Below are positions 1 through 10,303 of a stretch of DNA of 64,000 bases, one piece after another. The stretch covers positions 56,704-120,703 of the forward strand of contig JAYPJE010000003.1 of NCBI GenBank assembly GCA_038128265.1, given 5' to 3'. A program made the translations under genes and the position numbers. This DNA comes from Gemmatimonadota bacterium (GTDB lineage: Bacteria > Latescibacterota > UBA2968 > UBA8231). The notes beneath the pieces were generated by a model, which worked only from the letters and a program-made list of their open reading frames with translations, was not told where the DNA came from and did no database searches. Position 1 is the first letter of the stretch, and each line of letters opens with the position of its first letter.

Positions 1-1
1 A

Positions 2-694
2 CCGAGCGACGATTTCTCGGGACATGCCCACCACTACGGATCGCGCATCATTTTTGACGCCGACAACTACCTGTTTTTCTCCGTCGGCGACCGCGGCCAG
101 CGCCCCGAAGCCCAGCTGCTGACGACGGCCAACGGCAAAATCCACCGTCTGCACGACGACGGGCGCATTCCCGAAGACAACCCCTTTGTCGGCCGGGATG
201 ACGCTCTGCCCACCATCTGGTCGTATGGCCATCGAAATCCGCAGGGACTGGCCATCCACCCGCAGACGGGCGAAATCTGGGAAACAGAGCACGGACCGCG
301 CGGCGGCGACGAATTAAACCGCATTGTCAAAGGGGAGAACTTCGGCTGGCCCGCCATCACCTACGGCATCAACTACAACGGCACGCCCATAACCGACAAG
401 ACGCACGGCGAAGGCATGCTGCAGCCCCACTACTACTGGCTGCCCTCCATCGGAGTGTGCGCCATTGAATTTTACGAAGGCGATGCCTTTTCGCGCTGGC
501 GCGACAACCTGCTGGTTGCCTCGCTGGCCTTCGGCAGACTGCATCGCCTGCAGCTGGAAGAGGGACGCGTCCTGCACGACGAAATCGTCTTCGAGAGCGG
601 ACGCCTGCGCGACATAGAGACCGGACCCGACGGCCTGGTCTATCTGGCACTGGAAAAACCAGGACGTATCGTCCGCCTCGTGCCGGCCGACTAA
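2..694 (+). CDS. PQQ-dependent sugar dehydrogenase (YliI/Asd-like soluble aldose dehydrogenase family), N-terminus outside window
   Basis: The frame is open from nt 2 to the stop at 692-694. My translation reads ...SVGDRGQ...IWSYGHRNPQGLAIHPQTGEIWETEHGPRGGDELNRIVKGENFGWP..., the conserved beta-propeller core of this family. Confidence 0.8.
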   Translation, partial: PSDDFSGHAHHYGSRIIFDADNYLFFSVGDRGQRPEAQLLTTANGKIHRLHDDGRIPEDNPFVGRDDALPTIWSYGHRNPQGLAIHPQTGEIWETEHGPRGGDELNRIVKGENFGWPAITYGINYNGTPITDKTHGEGMLQPHYYWLPSIGVCAIEFYEGDAFSRWRDNLLVASLAFGRLHRLQLEEGRVLHDEIVFESGRLRDIETGPDGLVYLALEKPGRIVRLVPAD

Positions 695-756
695 CATCGC
701 TCCGCCTCTTTGCACACCCTCCCGTCTGGGGGCATGTGCAAAGAGGCGGATACGCG

Positions 757-2742
757 CTAGGCCTCTTTGAGGCGCGTTATTTCATCGCGCAAATGGGCCG
801 CCTTTTCAAAGTCCAGCTTGGCAGCGGCTGCCTTCATCTGCTTTTCCAAATCAGCCAATAGCTCTTCGACGTTTTCCGACCCATCGTATTCTACCTTCTC
901 TTCTGCCACCACCGAACTGGCCGCACCGCGCACGCTCTCCAGCACAGAAGAAGCCTGGAGAATCTCTTCGCGACTGCGGTAAATGGTCTCCGGCACGATG
1001 CCGTGCTCGGCGTTAAACGCCTCCTGCTTTTCGCGCCGGCGGTTGGTCTCGTCGATAGCCCGCTGCATGGAGTTGGTCACGCGATCGGCGTAGAAAATTA
1101 CGCGCCCATCGGCGTTGCGCGCAGCGCGACCAATCGTCTGTATAAGCGCCTGTTCCGAGCGCAAAAAGCCCTCCTTGTCGGCGTCGAGAATGGCCACCAG
1201 CGACACCTCGGGCAGATCCAACCCCTCGCGCAGCAGGTTGATACCCACCAGCACGTCAAAGGCCCCCAGGCGCAGGTCGCGCAGAATTTCAACGCGGTCG
1301 AGCGTATCGATGTCGGAGTGCAGATAGCGCACGCGCACGTCCATCTGCTCCAAGTAGTCCGTCAAGTTTTCCGCCATGCGCTTGGTCAGCGTCGTAACCA
1401 GCACGCGCTCCTGGCGCTCGGCGCGCCGGCGGATCTCTTCCATCAGATCGTCGATTTGCCCCGCCAATGGACGCACGTCGATCTGCGGATCGACTAGCCC
1501 CGTTGGACGGATAACCTGCTCGACGATCACGCCGCCCGATTTTTTCAGCTCGTAGTCGCTCGGCGTGGCCGACACAAAGACCGTCCAGCCCATCTGCCCT
1601 TCGAATTCCTCAAATACCAGCGGACGGTTGTCAAAGGCCGACGGCAGGCGGAAACCGTGTTCGATCAGCGTTTCCTTGCGCGAGCGGTCACCGCGCCACA
1701 TACCACGCACCTGTGGAACCGTCACGTGGGATTCGTCGATGATCAGCAGATAGTCGTCGGGAAAGTAGTCCAACAGCGTCCACGGCTGGGCACCGGCTTC
1801 GCGCCCATCCATATAGCGCGTGTAGTTTTCGATTCCGGGACAAAAGCCCACTTCCTTAATCATCTCGACGTCGTATTTAGTGCGCGTTTCCAGCCGGTGC
1901 GCCTCCACCAGCTTCTCATTGCCGCGCAAGTCGAGCACGCGCCCCTCTAATTCCGTGAGAATGCCATCACAGGCGCGCTCTACCTGCTCATCGCCCGTCA
2001 CGTAGGCCTTGGCCGGAAAGAGCGCGGCATATTCGCGCTGCTCCAAAGTCTCGCCCGTTAGCGCATCAACGATGGAAATTGCATCCACCTCGTCGCCAAA
2101 TAGCTCAATGCGCAGCGCCTTGTCTTCCGAAGCGGGCACGACTTCGATAACGTCGCCGCGCACGCGAAAACAGCCGCGCTGCAGTTCGAGATCGTTGCGC
2201 CTGTAGTAAATATCAATCAGGTGGCGCAGAATTTCGTCCCGTTCGACCACATCGCCCCGGCGCAGTTCGAACTTCTGGCTATCGTAGTCCTTGGGCGCAC
2301 CAATGCCGTAAATGCAGGAGACGGTGGCCACAATCACCACGTCGCGCCGCTGCAGCAACGACGAGATCGACTTGAGCCGCAGGCGATCTATTTCCTCGTT
2401 GAGCTGCACCTCTTTTTCTATGTAGGTGTCCGTGCTCGGCTTGTAGGCTTCCGGCTGGTAGTAATCGTAGTAGCTGACAAAGTATTCGACCGCATTGTTG
2501 GGAAAATAGCCCCGAAATTCGCCGTAGAGCTGAGCGGCCAGCGTCTTGTTGTGCGAGATGATCAGGGCCGGCATCTGCAGCTCCTGAATCACATTGGCCA
2601 TGGTGAAGGTCTTGCCGCTGCCGGTGACGCCAAGCAGCGTTTGAAACTGCTGCCCCTCGCGGATGCCGCCAGTTAATTCACCGATGGCGCGCGGCTGGTC
2701 ACCGCGCGGTTTGTAGTCGGATATGAGCTCAAAGCGATCCAT
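757..2742 (-). CDS. uvrB: Excinuclease ABC subunit B
   Basis: 661 aa. Has Walker A GVTGSGKT, helicase motifs and a C-terminal UVR domain ([14 protein letters not shown]). Full-length resemblance to UvrB. Confidence 0.97.
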   Translation of the reverse strand: MDRFELISDYKPRGDQPRAIGELTGGIREGQQFQTLLGVTGSGKTFTMANVIQELQMPALIISHNKTLAAQLYGEFRGYFPNNAVEYFVSYYDYYQPEAYKPSTDTYIEKEVQLNEEIDRLRLKSISSLLQRRDVVIVATVSCIYGIGAPKDYDSQKFELRRGDVVERDEILRHLIDIYYRRNDLELQRGCFRVRGDVIEVVPASEDKALRIELFGDEVDAISIVDALTGETLEQREYAALFPAKAYVTGDEQVERACDGILTELEGRVLDLRGNEKLVEAHRLETRTKYDVEMIKEVGFCPGIENYTRYMDGREAGAQPWTLLDYFPDDYLLIIDESHVTVPQVRGMWRGDRSRKETLIEHGFRLPSAFDNRPLVFEEFEGQMGWTVFVSATPSDYELKKSGGVIVEQVIRPTGLVDPQIDVRPLAGQIDDLMEEIRRRAERQERVLVTTLTKRMAENLTDYLEQMDVRVRYLHSDIDTLDRVEILRDLRLGAFDVLVGINLLREGLDLPEVSLVAILDADKEGFLRSEQALIQTIGRAARNADGRVIFYADRVTNSMQRAIDETNRRREKQEAFNAEHGIVPETIYRSREEILQASSVLESVRGAASSVVAEEKVEYDGSENVEELLADLEKQMKAAAAKLDFEKAAHLRDEITRLKEA

Positions 2743-2952
2743 TTATTCTCCCCAGTGCAGCTGAATCTAGCCGGCCCATACCGGCTTGTCAACACAGCAC
2801 CTGCCATGCGCATACCAACCCATAAACAGACATAATGTCACAATCGTAAGTAATTATGACATTGCTACCCATCTAAGACTGGCCGGACAGAATTCAAATT
2901 AAGCCATTAAAAAACAATATATTAAAAACCATTCGGCCATTTGGTACACTCC

Positions 2953-2981
2953 TTGCTATCCATAAGCAGTCCTATGATAAT
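2953..2981 (+). promoter_or_regulatory. Candidate sigma70-type promoter for dnaK (TTGCTA-N17-GATAAT)
   Basis: TTGCTA at 2953-2958, a 17-nt spacer and GATAAT at 2976-2981, about 25 nt upstream of the dnaK ATG at 3006. Sequence pattern only. Confidence 0.35.
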
Positions 2982-3005
2982 GACTGACTGAGAAAGGAAT
3001 ACACC

Positions 3006-4913
3006 ATGGGTAAGGTTATAGGCATCGATCTGGGCACGACCAACTCGTGTGTCGCCGTAATGGACGGCGGCAATCCCGAAGTTATTTCCAATGCGGAAGG
3101 CGGCCGCACGACCCCGTCGATGGTCGGCTTTGCCAAAGACGGCGAACGGCTGGTAGGCCAAACGGCCAAGCGCCAAGCCGTTACCAATCCGACCAAGACC
3201 ATCTTCTCGGTCAAGCGCTTTATGGGGCGGCGCTTTGACGAAGTAGAAACGGAGATCAACGAAGTTCCCTACACCGTGGCAAAAGGTTCACGCGACCAGG
3301 CCGTCGTGCAGATCGACGACAAGGAATACAATCCGCCGGAAATTTCGGCGATGATCCTCCAGAAGATGAAGCAGACGGCGGAAGATTTTTTAGGCCAGAC
3401 CGTCGACCGCGCAGTAATCACCGTACCCGCCTACTTCAACGATTCACAGCGCCAAGCCACCAAAGACGCCGGCACGATCGCCGGTCTCGAAGTCATGCGC
3501 ATCGTCAACGAGCCTACGGCCGCAGCACTGGCCTACGGACTGGACAAGGTTGGCAGCAACGAGAAGATCGCCGTGTACGACCTAGGCGGCGGCACGTTTG
3601 ACATCTCCATACTGGAATTGGGCGATGGCGTATTCGAAGTCAAGTCCACCAACGGCGATACCCACCTGGGCGGCGACGATTTTGACCAGAAAATTATCGA
3701 CTGGCTCGCAGGGGAATTCCAAACGGCCGAAGGCATTGATTTGCGCAAAGACCCCATGGCCCTGCAGCGCCTTAAAGAGGCGGCGGAAAAAGCAAAGTGC
3801 GAGCTTTCCTCCTCTACGCAGACCGAGATTAATCTGCCCTTCATTACCGCCGACCAGTCGGGCCCCAAGCACCTGCAGACCAGCCTGAGTCGCGCCCAGT
3901 TTGAGCGCATCGTGGCCGACCTAGTCGAGCGCACCAAGAAACCCTGCATTCAAGCGCTCGCCGACGCCGAACTATCCGCTTCCGAGATTGACCAGGTTAT
4001 TTTGGTCGGCGGCTCAACGCGTATGCCCAAAATTCAGGAGGCGGTTCGCGAAGTCTTTGGCAAAGAGCCGCACAGGGGCGTCAATCCGGACGAAGTTGTT
4101 GCGATGGGCGCCGCCATACAGGCCGGCGTGCTGGCGGGTGAAGTCGAAGACGTGCTGCTACTCGACGTAACGCCCCTATCGCTCGGCATCGAGACCATGG
4201 GCGGCGTTATGACCAAGCTCATCGAGCGCAATACGACGATACCGACAAAGAAGAGCCAGGTCTTTTCCACCGCCTCCGACAATCAGCCCTCCGTCGAAGT
4301 ACACGTGCTGCAAGGCGATCGCGAGTTTGCCAACGACAATCGCAGCTTGGGCCGCTTCCACCTCGACGGCATTCCCTCGGCACCGCGCGGCATGCCGCAG
4401 ATCGAGGTGACCTTCGACATCGACGCCAACGGCATTCTCAACGTGTCGGCCAAGGATAAGGGCACCAACAAAGAGCAGTCCATTCGCATTGAGGCCTCGT
4501 CCGGCCTCGACCAGAGCGAGATCGAGCGCATGCAAAAGGACGCCGAAGCCCATGCAGGCGAGGACAAGCAGCGCCGCGAGACGGTCGATCGCCGCAACGA
4601 AGCCGACCAGCTCGTCTACGCAACGGAAAAATCGCTCAGCGAACACGGCGACAAAATCTCTGAGGACGAGAAGAGCGCCGTCGAAGAAGCGCTTGGCGCC
4701 TTGAAAAAGGCGCTCGAGGACAACGATGATGAAGCGATCAAGAGCGGCTTGGAAACGCTCCAGCAGGCGTCGCATAAGCTGGCCGAAGCCATCTATAAGG
4801 ATGCTCAGGCCCAACAGCAGGCCGAAGCCCCGAACGGCAACGCTGCGGCTGGTGGCGGCGACGACGGCGCGGTTGACGCCGATTACGAGGTCGTAGAAGA
4901 CGACAAAAAATAG
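3006..4913 (+). CDS. dnaK: Molecular chaperone DnaK (Hsp70)
   Basis: 635 aa. Motifs [13 protein letters not shown] and DLGGGTFD, full Hsp70 architecture, and an acidic C-terminus EVVEDDKK. Confidence 0.98.
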   Translation: MGKVIGIDLGTTNSCVAVMDGGNPEVISNAEGGRTTPSMVGFAKDGERLVGQTAKRQAVTNPTKTIFSVKRFMGRRFDEVETEINEVPYTVAKGSRDQAVVQIDDKEYNPPEISAMILQKMKQTAEDFLGQTVDRAVITVPAYFNDSQRQATKDAGTIAGLEVMRIVNEPTAAALAYGLDKVGSNEKIAVYDLGGGTFDISILELGDGVFEVKSTNGDTHLGGDDFDQKIIDWLAGEFQTAEGIDLRKDPMALQRLKEAAEKAKCELSSSTQTEINLPFITADQSGPKHLQTSLSRAQFERIVADLVERTKKPCIQALADAELSASEIDQVILVGGSTRMPKIQEAVREVFGKEPHRGVNPDEVVAMGAAIQAGVLAGEVEDVLLLDVTPLSLGIETMGGVMTKLIERNTTIPTKKSQVFSTASDNQPSVEVHVLQGDREFANDNRSLGRFHLDGIPSAPRGMPQIEVTFDIDANGILNVSAKDKGTNKEQSIRIEASSGLDQSEIERMQKDAEAHAGEDKQRRETVDRRNEADQLVYATEKSLSEHGDKISEDEKSAVEEALGALKKALEDNDDEAIKSGLETLQQASHKLAEAIYKDAQAQQQAEAPNGNAAAGGGDDGAVDADYEVVEDDKK

Positions 4914-4930
4914 TCCCCGTCAGAACGCGT

Positions 4931-4966
4931 GCGGGGGATGCCATATGGCATCCCCCGCATTTTTTT
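4931..4966 (+). terminator. Rho-independent terminator of dnaK
   Basis: Perfect palindrome GCGGGGGATGCCATATGGCATCCCCCGC (4931-4958) followed by A and T7 (4960-4966), 18 nt after the dnaK stop. Confidence 0.9.
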
Positions 4967-4988
4967 GCCGCATGCTGCGCACTCTGAC

Positions 4989-6026
4989 TCAGCCATCGGC
5001 AGGCATGAACATCAGCTTGATACCTTCCTGGGCTTCTGCTAGCGAAAACGCCTGCTCCCACTCGGATAGGCGCAGGTGATGGGTAATCAGTTTTTCACTG
5101 GGAATGCGTCCGTTCTCCATCAGGCGCAATGCGCGCTTCCACGCCGGCCGCCGCTGGCCGATGCCCCCGCTAACCTGGAGTTCCTTGTAGGCGATCTGCT
5201 CGAAGTCAATTTCTATGGGTTTACCCGGTAAGCCCATCAGCGATACGCGTCCCCGCTTACGCACCAATTCCAACGCGAGGCGCATGGCCGGCGCCGCGCC
5301 GGCACACTCGACCACCACATCAGCTCCGTACCCATCGGTTAACGCGCGGATGCGTTCGACCGGGTCGCAGGCGTCGATATTGACGACGTGCTGGACGCCC
5401 AGCTCTTCGGCCAGACGCAGTCGCTGCTCGTCTCGCTGCGTCCCAAATAAGACGACGGTTCCTCCCTCAGCCAGTGCCACCAACGCCGCAAATAGCCCCA
5501 CGGGCCCCGGTCCGGTGATCGCCACGATATCACCGGCAACTACACCGGCCTGTTCGATGACAGAGTGAACACAGCAGGCGAGCAGCTCCGTCAGCGCGCC
5601 GGCCTCAAATCCCACCGATTCCGGCAGCTTGTGCACAAAGGTCGCATCGCAGTAGGGTGCAAAACAGCCGTCGTGCCAGTAACCCATAACTTTGCGCTCG
5701 GGACACAGATTGTAGTGTTCGGAAAGGCAGTAGTCGCAGCGTCCGCAAATGTCTATACTCGGCTCGCCCGTAACGCGATCGCCCACCGAAACGTGCTCGC
5801 CTACGTCGGCGCCCTTCTCGACAACTACACCACTGAACTCATGCCCCATGACCACCGGCGTGCGAATATTGTAGTTTATTGTGTCGTGGTAAACGTGCAG
5901 GTCCGACCCACAAATTCCCGTCGCACGCACTTCGATACGCACCTGGTTGGCCGGCAGGGCACGCTCTTCAATAGCGCGCAACGCAACGTGCCCACTCCCG
6001 CGCTCATATTTAATCACTCCCTGCAT
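4989..6026 (-). CDS. Zinc-dependent medium-chain alcohol/polyol dehydrogenase (sorbitol/threonine dehydrogenase-like)
   Basis: 345 aa. Catalytic-Zn motif GHEFSGVV, structural-Zn cysteines CGRCDYCLSEHYNLC, and Rossmann motif ITGPGPVG. Confidence 0.85.
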   Translation of the reverse strand: MQGVIKYERGSGHVALRAIEERALPANQVRIEVRATGICGSDLHVYHDTINYNIRTPVVMGHEFSGVVVEKGADVGEHVSVGDRVTGEPSIDICGRCDYCLSEHYNLCPERKVMGYWHDGCFAPYCDATFVHKLPESVGFEAGALTELLACCVHSVIEQAGVVAGDIVAITGPGPVGLFAALVALAEGGTVVLFGTQRDEQRLRLAEELGVQHVVNIDACDPVERIRALTDGYGADVVVECAGAAPAMRLALELVRKRGRVSLMGLPGKPIEIDFEQIAYKELQVSGGIGQRRPAWKRALRLMENGRIPSEKLITHHLRLSEWEQAFSLAEAQEGIKLMFMPADG

Positions 6027-6390
6027 TGTGCAATCCTTTCTATCCGCTGCGGCCGAACGCGCTATAGACGAACCCTAAACTTGCCTGCAACACGCACTTC
6101 CGATCGACATAATCCCCAGGCACACGGGCTGCCTTTGATCTTGTTCTCCATAGAACTTTCGGCCAACTGTAGAAATAGTTATCTTATTTGAGCATTTTAG
6201 ATAAATAGATTTCTTTTCTCTTTTTTAATACTTTGTTACCTTGATATAGGCCATAAGCACAACCATACATCGTGAATGTGCCAATGGAGACAAAAACGAG
6301 TGACTATATACCCACAAAGAGAGCCCTTGTGCGCGACTGTTTTGCGAGTGTCCCCCCTTAAGATGCGATCACTATAGTAAGCATTCCACT

Positions 6391-6942
6391 GTGACTCTTT
6401 TGCGCTGTATCCTCCCCATCCTCTTCGCTCTGACTGCCGTGCTGTGCGCCCCCTCGTCGGCTCAAAGCCCTTCTGAGCACCAGGTTAAGGCCGCTTTCCT
6501 GTACAACTTTGCCAACTTCGTAGAGTGGCCCTCTTCTGCGCTTGACGACACGTCTTCTATCGTCATCGGTATTCTCGGGGAAGACCCCTTTGGCCAGGTA
6601 TTTACTCCCTTTGAAAACCGCTCAGTAAAAGGCCATCCCCTGCGTATCATCCACTCAAAGCTACTGCAGGAGCTTCCCTTCTGCCACATTCTTTTCATCA
6701 GTTCTTCAGAGGAAAAAAATCTACCGCAAATTTTCCAATATCTTAGCGATAGACCCGTCCTGACCGTCGGCGAATCCGTTGGTTTTGCCCAGCGCGGCGG
6801 AGCGATTAACTTCGTGATGAAAAATAAAAAAGTGCGATTTGAAATCAACCAGCAGCGCGCGGGAAAGGCCGATTTGAAGATCAGTTCTAAGCTACTCAAA
6901 CTCGCATCGATCGTCGAGGACGCACCGGAGTATATAGATTAA
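6391..6942 (+). CDS. YfiR-family (DUF4154) periplasmic protein
   Basis: 183 aa with a GTG start. Signal peptide ILFALTAVLCAPSSA and the hallmark QVKAAFLYNFANFVEWP. Its stop overlaps the next start (TAATG). Confidence 0.7.
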   Translation: MTLLRCILPILFALTAVLCAPSSAQSPSEHQVKAAFLYNFANFVEWPSSALDDTSSIVIGILGEDPFGQVFTPFENRSVKGHPLRIIHSKLLQELPFCHILFISSSEEKNLPQIFQYLSDRPVLTVGESVGFAQRGGAINFVMKNKKVRFEINQQRAGKADLKISSKLLKLASIVEDAPEYID

Positions 6943-8354
6943 TGGTCTCTTTCCGCGACGTATCAATTAAGCGCAAATTAACCACCATTATCCTGCTTTC
7001 TAGCAGTATTGCGCTCATTCTCTCCTGTGCCGCATTGGCCACCTACGATTGGATTTCCTCCGAGCGCGCGCTCGTCAATCGCATCGGTACAATGGCCGAG
7101 ATAATCGGTCTCAACAGCACGGCGGCCCTGGCGTTCGACAGCGCCGAAGACGCACAAGAGACGCTTTCGGCCCTCCGCGTAGAACAGCATGTTGTGGCCG
7201 CTTATATCTACGATGCCGACGGCGCCCTCTTCGCCACGTATGCAGTCTCGGAACGGGCTTTTACTCCCACGAGCATGGGCGAAGACAGCCACTCTTTTAT
7301 CGACGACCAACTGCACTTGCTGCGCACCATACAGCTCGACGGTCGACGAGTCGGATCGGTATATATCGTAACGGGCCTCGGCGAGATGGAAGATCGCCTG
7401 CAGCGCTATGCCGGCATCGTCGCCTTAGCGATACTAATCGCCTCGGCGGCCTCGTTTCTAGTCGGTGCGCGCCTCCGCGACCAAATTTCCACGCCGCTGT
7501 TAAACCTGGCGGCGCAGATGCGCACCGTATCCAGCCAACAGGACTACAGCGTGCGTGCACAGAGCTATAGCCGCGACGAACTCGGCGAGCTAATCGACGG
7601 GTTCAACGACATGTTGGAGCAGATACAGGATCGCGACGTCGCGCTGATCCAAGCGCGCGACGATCTTTCGCACAAAGCCGACGAGCTTCAAGTAGAGCTA
7701 GTGGAACGCCACCGCATCGAAGCACAGATAACGGCCTCGCTCGAAGAGAAAGAAGTGCTCCTGAAAGAGATTCACCACCGCGTGAAAAATAATCTGCAGG
7801 TCATATCTAGCCTGCTCGACCTGCAGGCCAACAACATCCGTGACGAACAGACAGTATCTATGTTCCGCGATAGCCAAAATCGCGTCACTTCGATGGGCCT
7901 CATACATGAGCGCCTTTACCAAGCCAGCGATCTGGCGCGCATCGAGTTTTCTGAGTATATCGCCGAACTCACACAGAACCTGCTCCAATCGTACTCCACC
8001 AACGCGCACAACATCAGCCTATCGACGACGGCTGACCCCATTTCTCTCGACGTAGACACCAGTATTCCTTGTGGCCTGATCATTAATGAATTAGTTTCCA
8101 ACTCGCTTAAGTATGCATTTCCGGATGGACGAGAAGGACGCATTCACGTTGAGCTACGGAAGTGTGAAGCGAACGAACTGCTACTTGTAGTCAGGGATAA
8201 CGGCATAGGTCTGCCAGAGGGATTCGACGCGCGCAAAACGCAGTCGCTGGGTCTGAAGCTCGTACACACACTGGTGCGACAGCTCAGGGGCAAGCTGGAA
8301 ATCTCTGGTTCTAACGGCGCCGAGTTCTCCATTCGCTTCACCACACATAGCTAG
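6942..8354 (+). CDS. Sensor histidine kinase: CHASE8-like periplasmic domain, HAMP, HisKA_2-type DHp, HATPase
   Basis: 470 aa. Two TM segments flank a periplasmic domain of about 130 aa that resembles CHASE8 (IKRKLTTIILLSS...AALAFDSAEDAQETLSAL...). H-box EIHHRVKNNLQVISSLL and G-box VRDNGIGLP. Confidence 0.85.
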   Translation: MVSFRDVSIKRKLTTIILLSSSIALILSCAALATYDWISSERALVNRIGTMAEIIGLNSTAALAFDSAEDAQETLSALRVEQHVVAAYIYDADGALFATYAVSERAFTPTSMGEDSHSFIDDQLHLLRTIQLDGRRVGSVYIVTGLGEMEDRLQRYAGIVALAILIASAASFLVGARLRDQISTPLLNLAAQMRTVSSQQDYSVRAQSYSRDELGELIDGFNDMLEQIQDRDVALIQARDDLSHKADELQVELVERHRIEAQITASLEEKEVLLKEIHHRVKNNLQVISSLLDLQANNIRDEQTVSMFRDSQNRVTSMGLIHERLYQASDLARIEFSEYIAELTQNLLQSYSTNAHNISLSTTADPISLDVDTSIPCGLIINELVSNSLKYAFPDGREGRIHVELRKCEANELLLVVRDNGIGLPEGFDARKTQSLGLKLVHTLVRQLRGKLEISGSNGAEFSIRFTTHS

Positions 8355-8372
8355 AGGCATAGGAGCGATGAG

Positions 8373-9977
8373 GTGTCAGCGAAACGCATTATGGTCGTCG
8401 AGGACGAGGCTATAGTAGCGCTCGACCTCCAAAGCAAGCTCGAGGACAAAGGCTACGAAGTACCCGCCATATTGGCCACGGGCGAAGACGCCATCAAGAG
8501 GGCCGGGGAGCTGTTGCCCGACCTAATCCTCATGGACATCAACCTCGCCGGTCAGCTCGACGGCACGCAGGCGGCTGAACAGATACACAAGCAGTACGAT
8601 ATACCGGTAGTCTATCTGACGGCTTTTTCGGACGAGAAAACGCTCGAAAGAGCCAAAGGGGCAGCTCCTTTTGGCTATATGCTCAAGCCATTTGAGGAGA
8701 AGAAGCTCTATGCCACCGTTGAAATCGCCCTTTACAAGCATCAATCCGACCGGGAAAAAGAGCGGCTCGAAGCACAGCTGAGCCAATCGAGGAAAATGGA
8801 GGCCATCGGTCGCCTGACCGCCGGCATGGCCTACCACTTCACCAATATCTTGCAGGGCATACAGGGCAATCTCGACCTGGCCATGCTCAACGCCTCGGAC
8901 GGGCTAAGGCCCTTTCTCGACGCAGCAGACTACGATACCCAGCGCGCCGCACAAGCGCTCAAACAGCTGCTGGCATTTTATCAGAGGGAAAACCTACCGC
9001 ACGCATCCGTCGACGTGCACTCCATCATCAGCGACGTAGCCGACACCTGTCGCAACGTATTCGCACGCAACCAGCGCCGCATGGTGGAGCTGCAGGTCGA
9101 GTCGAGCGACGATCCCGTCGCCGTATTGGGCGATTCCAACCAGCTGCGCCAGAGCCTGTCTAATCTGTGTATCAACGCCCGCGACGCACTCGAGTCGCTA
9201 CCCACCGACGATCCACGCGCGGCGCGCATAGTGCTCGCTTCTCACGTAGTGGAGTTGCAAACGCTGCCGGCATCTGCGCATGCACACGCTACACCGGGCT
9301 CCTATGTGCAGCTCAGCGTGAGCGACAACGGAATCGGCATGGACGACGAGGCGAAAGAACACCTCTTTGAACCGTTCTACTCCAACGTCGACATCGAACA
9401 CGGAAAGGGCCTCAGCCTGGCTGCGACCTATTCGATCGTCAGCGAACACCAGGGCTGGATAGAATGCGACAGCACGCCGGGCGAAGGCACGACCATCTCC
9501 ATATTCCTACCCGTGCAAACAGATCAAGAGCCCACCTCAGTTCGCGCGCTGAGCTCGCCCGAAATCATCACCAGCGATGATGCCATCTTCGATACGGATC
9601 GGCTTCGCGGCACGGAAAAAATTCTCGTCATCGCCGACGTCGATCGCGGACGCCGCGTGCTCTCTGCAATGCTCGAACACCATGGTTACGACGTCCTCGT
9701 TGGCCTGGATATTCGCGACGGCCTGAACCTGTTTGAGATGGCGCGCAACGACGTCTCGCTCGTTCTGCTCGACCTATCGCAAACCAACAACTCCGCGCGC
9801 GAAATTCTCGACCAGATCCTCGCGTTGGATCCAGACGCGCACATCTTGGCCACGACGGGCTACACGCAGGACAGCACGCCGTGGCTCGGGGCGCAGGCCG
9901 TTCTCAACAAGCCCTTTAAGACGCATCACCTGCTGCGCACGGTGCGAAGTATTATCGACGGGAAGACGAATTCATAG
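8373..9977 (+). CDS. Hybrid signalling protein REC - histidine kinase core - REC
   Basis: 534 aa. N-terminal receiver (IMVVEDE...LILMDINL...KPF), H-box AGMAYHFTNILQGI, ATPase VSDNGIGMD...GKGLSL, and a C-terminal receiver (LVIADVD...LVLLDLS...LNKPF). Confidence 0.85.
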   Translation: MSAKRIMVVEDEAIVALDLQSKLEDKGYEVPAILATGEDAIKRAGELLPDLILMDINLAGQLDGTQAAEQIHKQYDIPVVYLTAFSDEKTLERAKGAAPFGYMLKPFEEKKLYATVEIALYKHQSDREKERLEAQLSQSRKMEAIGRLTAGMAYHFTNILQGIQGNLDLAMLNASDGLRPFLDAADYDTQRAAQALKQLLAFYQRENLPHASVDVHSIISDVADTCRNVFARNQRRMVELQVESSDDPVAVLGDSNQLRQSLSNLCINARDALESLPTDDPRAARIVLASHVVELQTLPASAHAHATPGSYVQLSVSDNGIGMDDEAKEHLFEPFYSNVDIEHGKGLSLAATYSIVSEHQGWIECDSTPGEGTTISIFLPVQTDQEPTSVRALSSPEIITSDDAIFDTDRLRGTEKILVIADVDRGRRVLSAMLEHHGYDVLVGLDIRDGLNLFEMARNDVSLVLLDLSQTNNSAREILDQILALDPDAHILATTGYTQDSTPWLGAQAVLNKPFKTHHLLRTVRSIIDGKTNS

Positions 9978-10141
9978 CGCAGGGGGAGACATCCCCTCAA
10001 GGCTATCTGGCGTGAGCGCTCGGCCGCGGCGGCCATGCTCCGAGCGGTTCACGCGCCTGCGGGCGACCCGTTTGCCTATCACCTTTCCATTCACACTGAA
10101 CCGGCGGCCAGCCGTCTGCCCTCCAACTAGGCCGAGCCGGC

Positions 10142-10171
10142 TTGCTCCATGTCCAGAGCAAACCTTATATT
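10142..10171 (+). promoter_or_regulatory. Candidate promoter for tRNA-Thr (TTGCTC-N18-TATATT)
   Basis: TTGCTC at 10142-10147 and TATATT at 10166-10171, about 30 nt upstream of the tRNA 5' end. Pattern only. Confidence 0.3.
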
Positions 10172-10203
10172 CTGATCGCCCCCGCCTTTTTGCATTCCCA
10201 TAG

Positions 10204-10279
10204 GCCGCTTTAGCTCAACTGGTAGAGCACCTGACTTGTAATCAGGAGGTTACGGGTTCGATTCCCGTAGGCGGCTCCA
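10204..10279 (+). tRNA. tRNA-Thr (anticodon UGU), CCA encoded
   Basis: Hand-folded cloverleaf. Acceptor GCCGCTT/AGGCGGC, D arm GCTC-AACTGGTA-GAGC, anticodon arm CCTGA-CTTGTAA-TCAGG, T arm ACGGG-TTCGATT-CCCGT, then discriminator T and CCA. Confidence 0.95.
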
Positions 10280-10303
10280 CTTATTCCTCGCCAAAGCTCG
10301 CCT

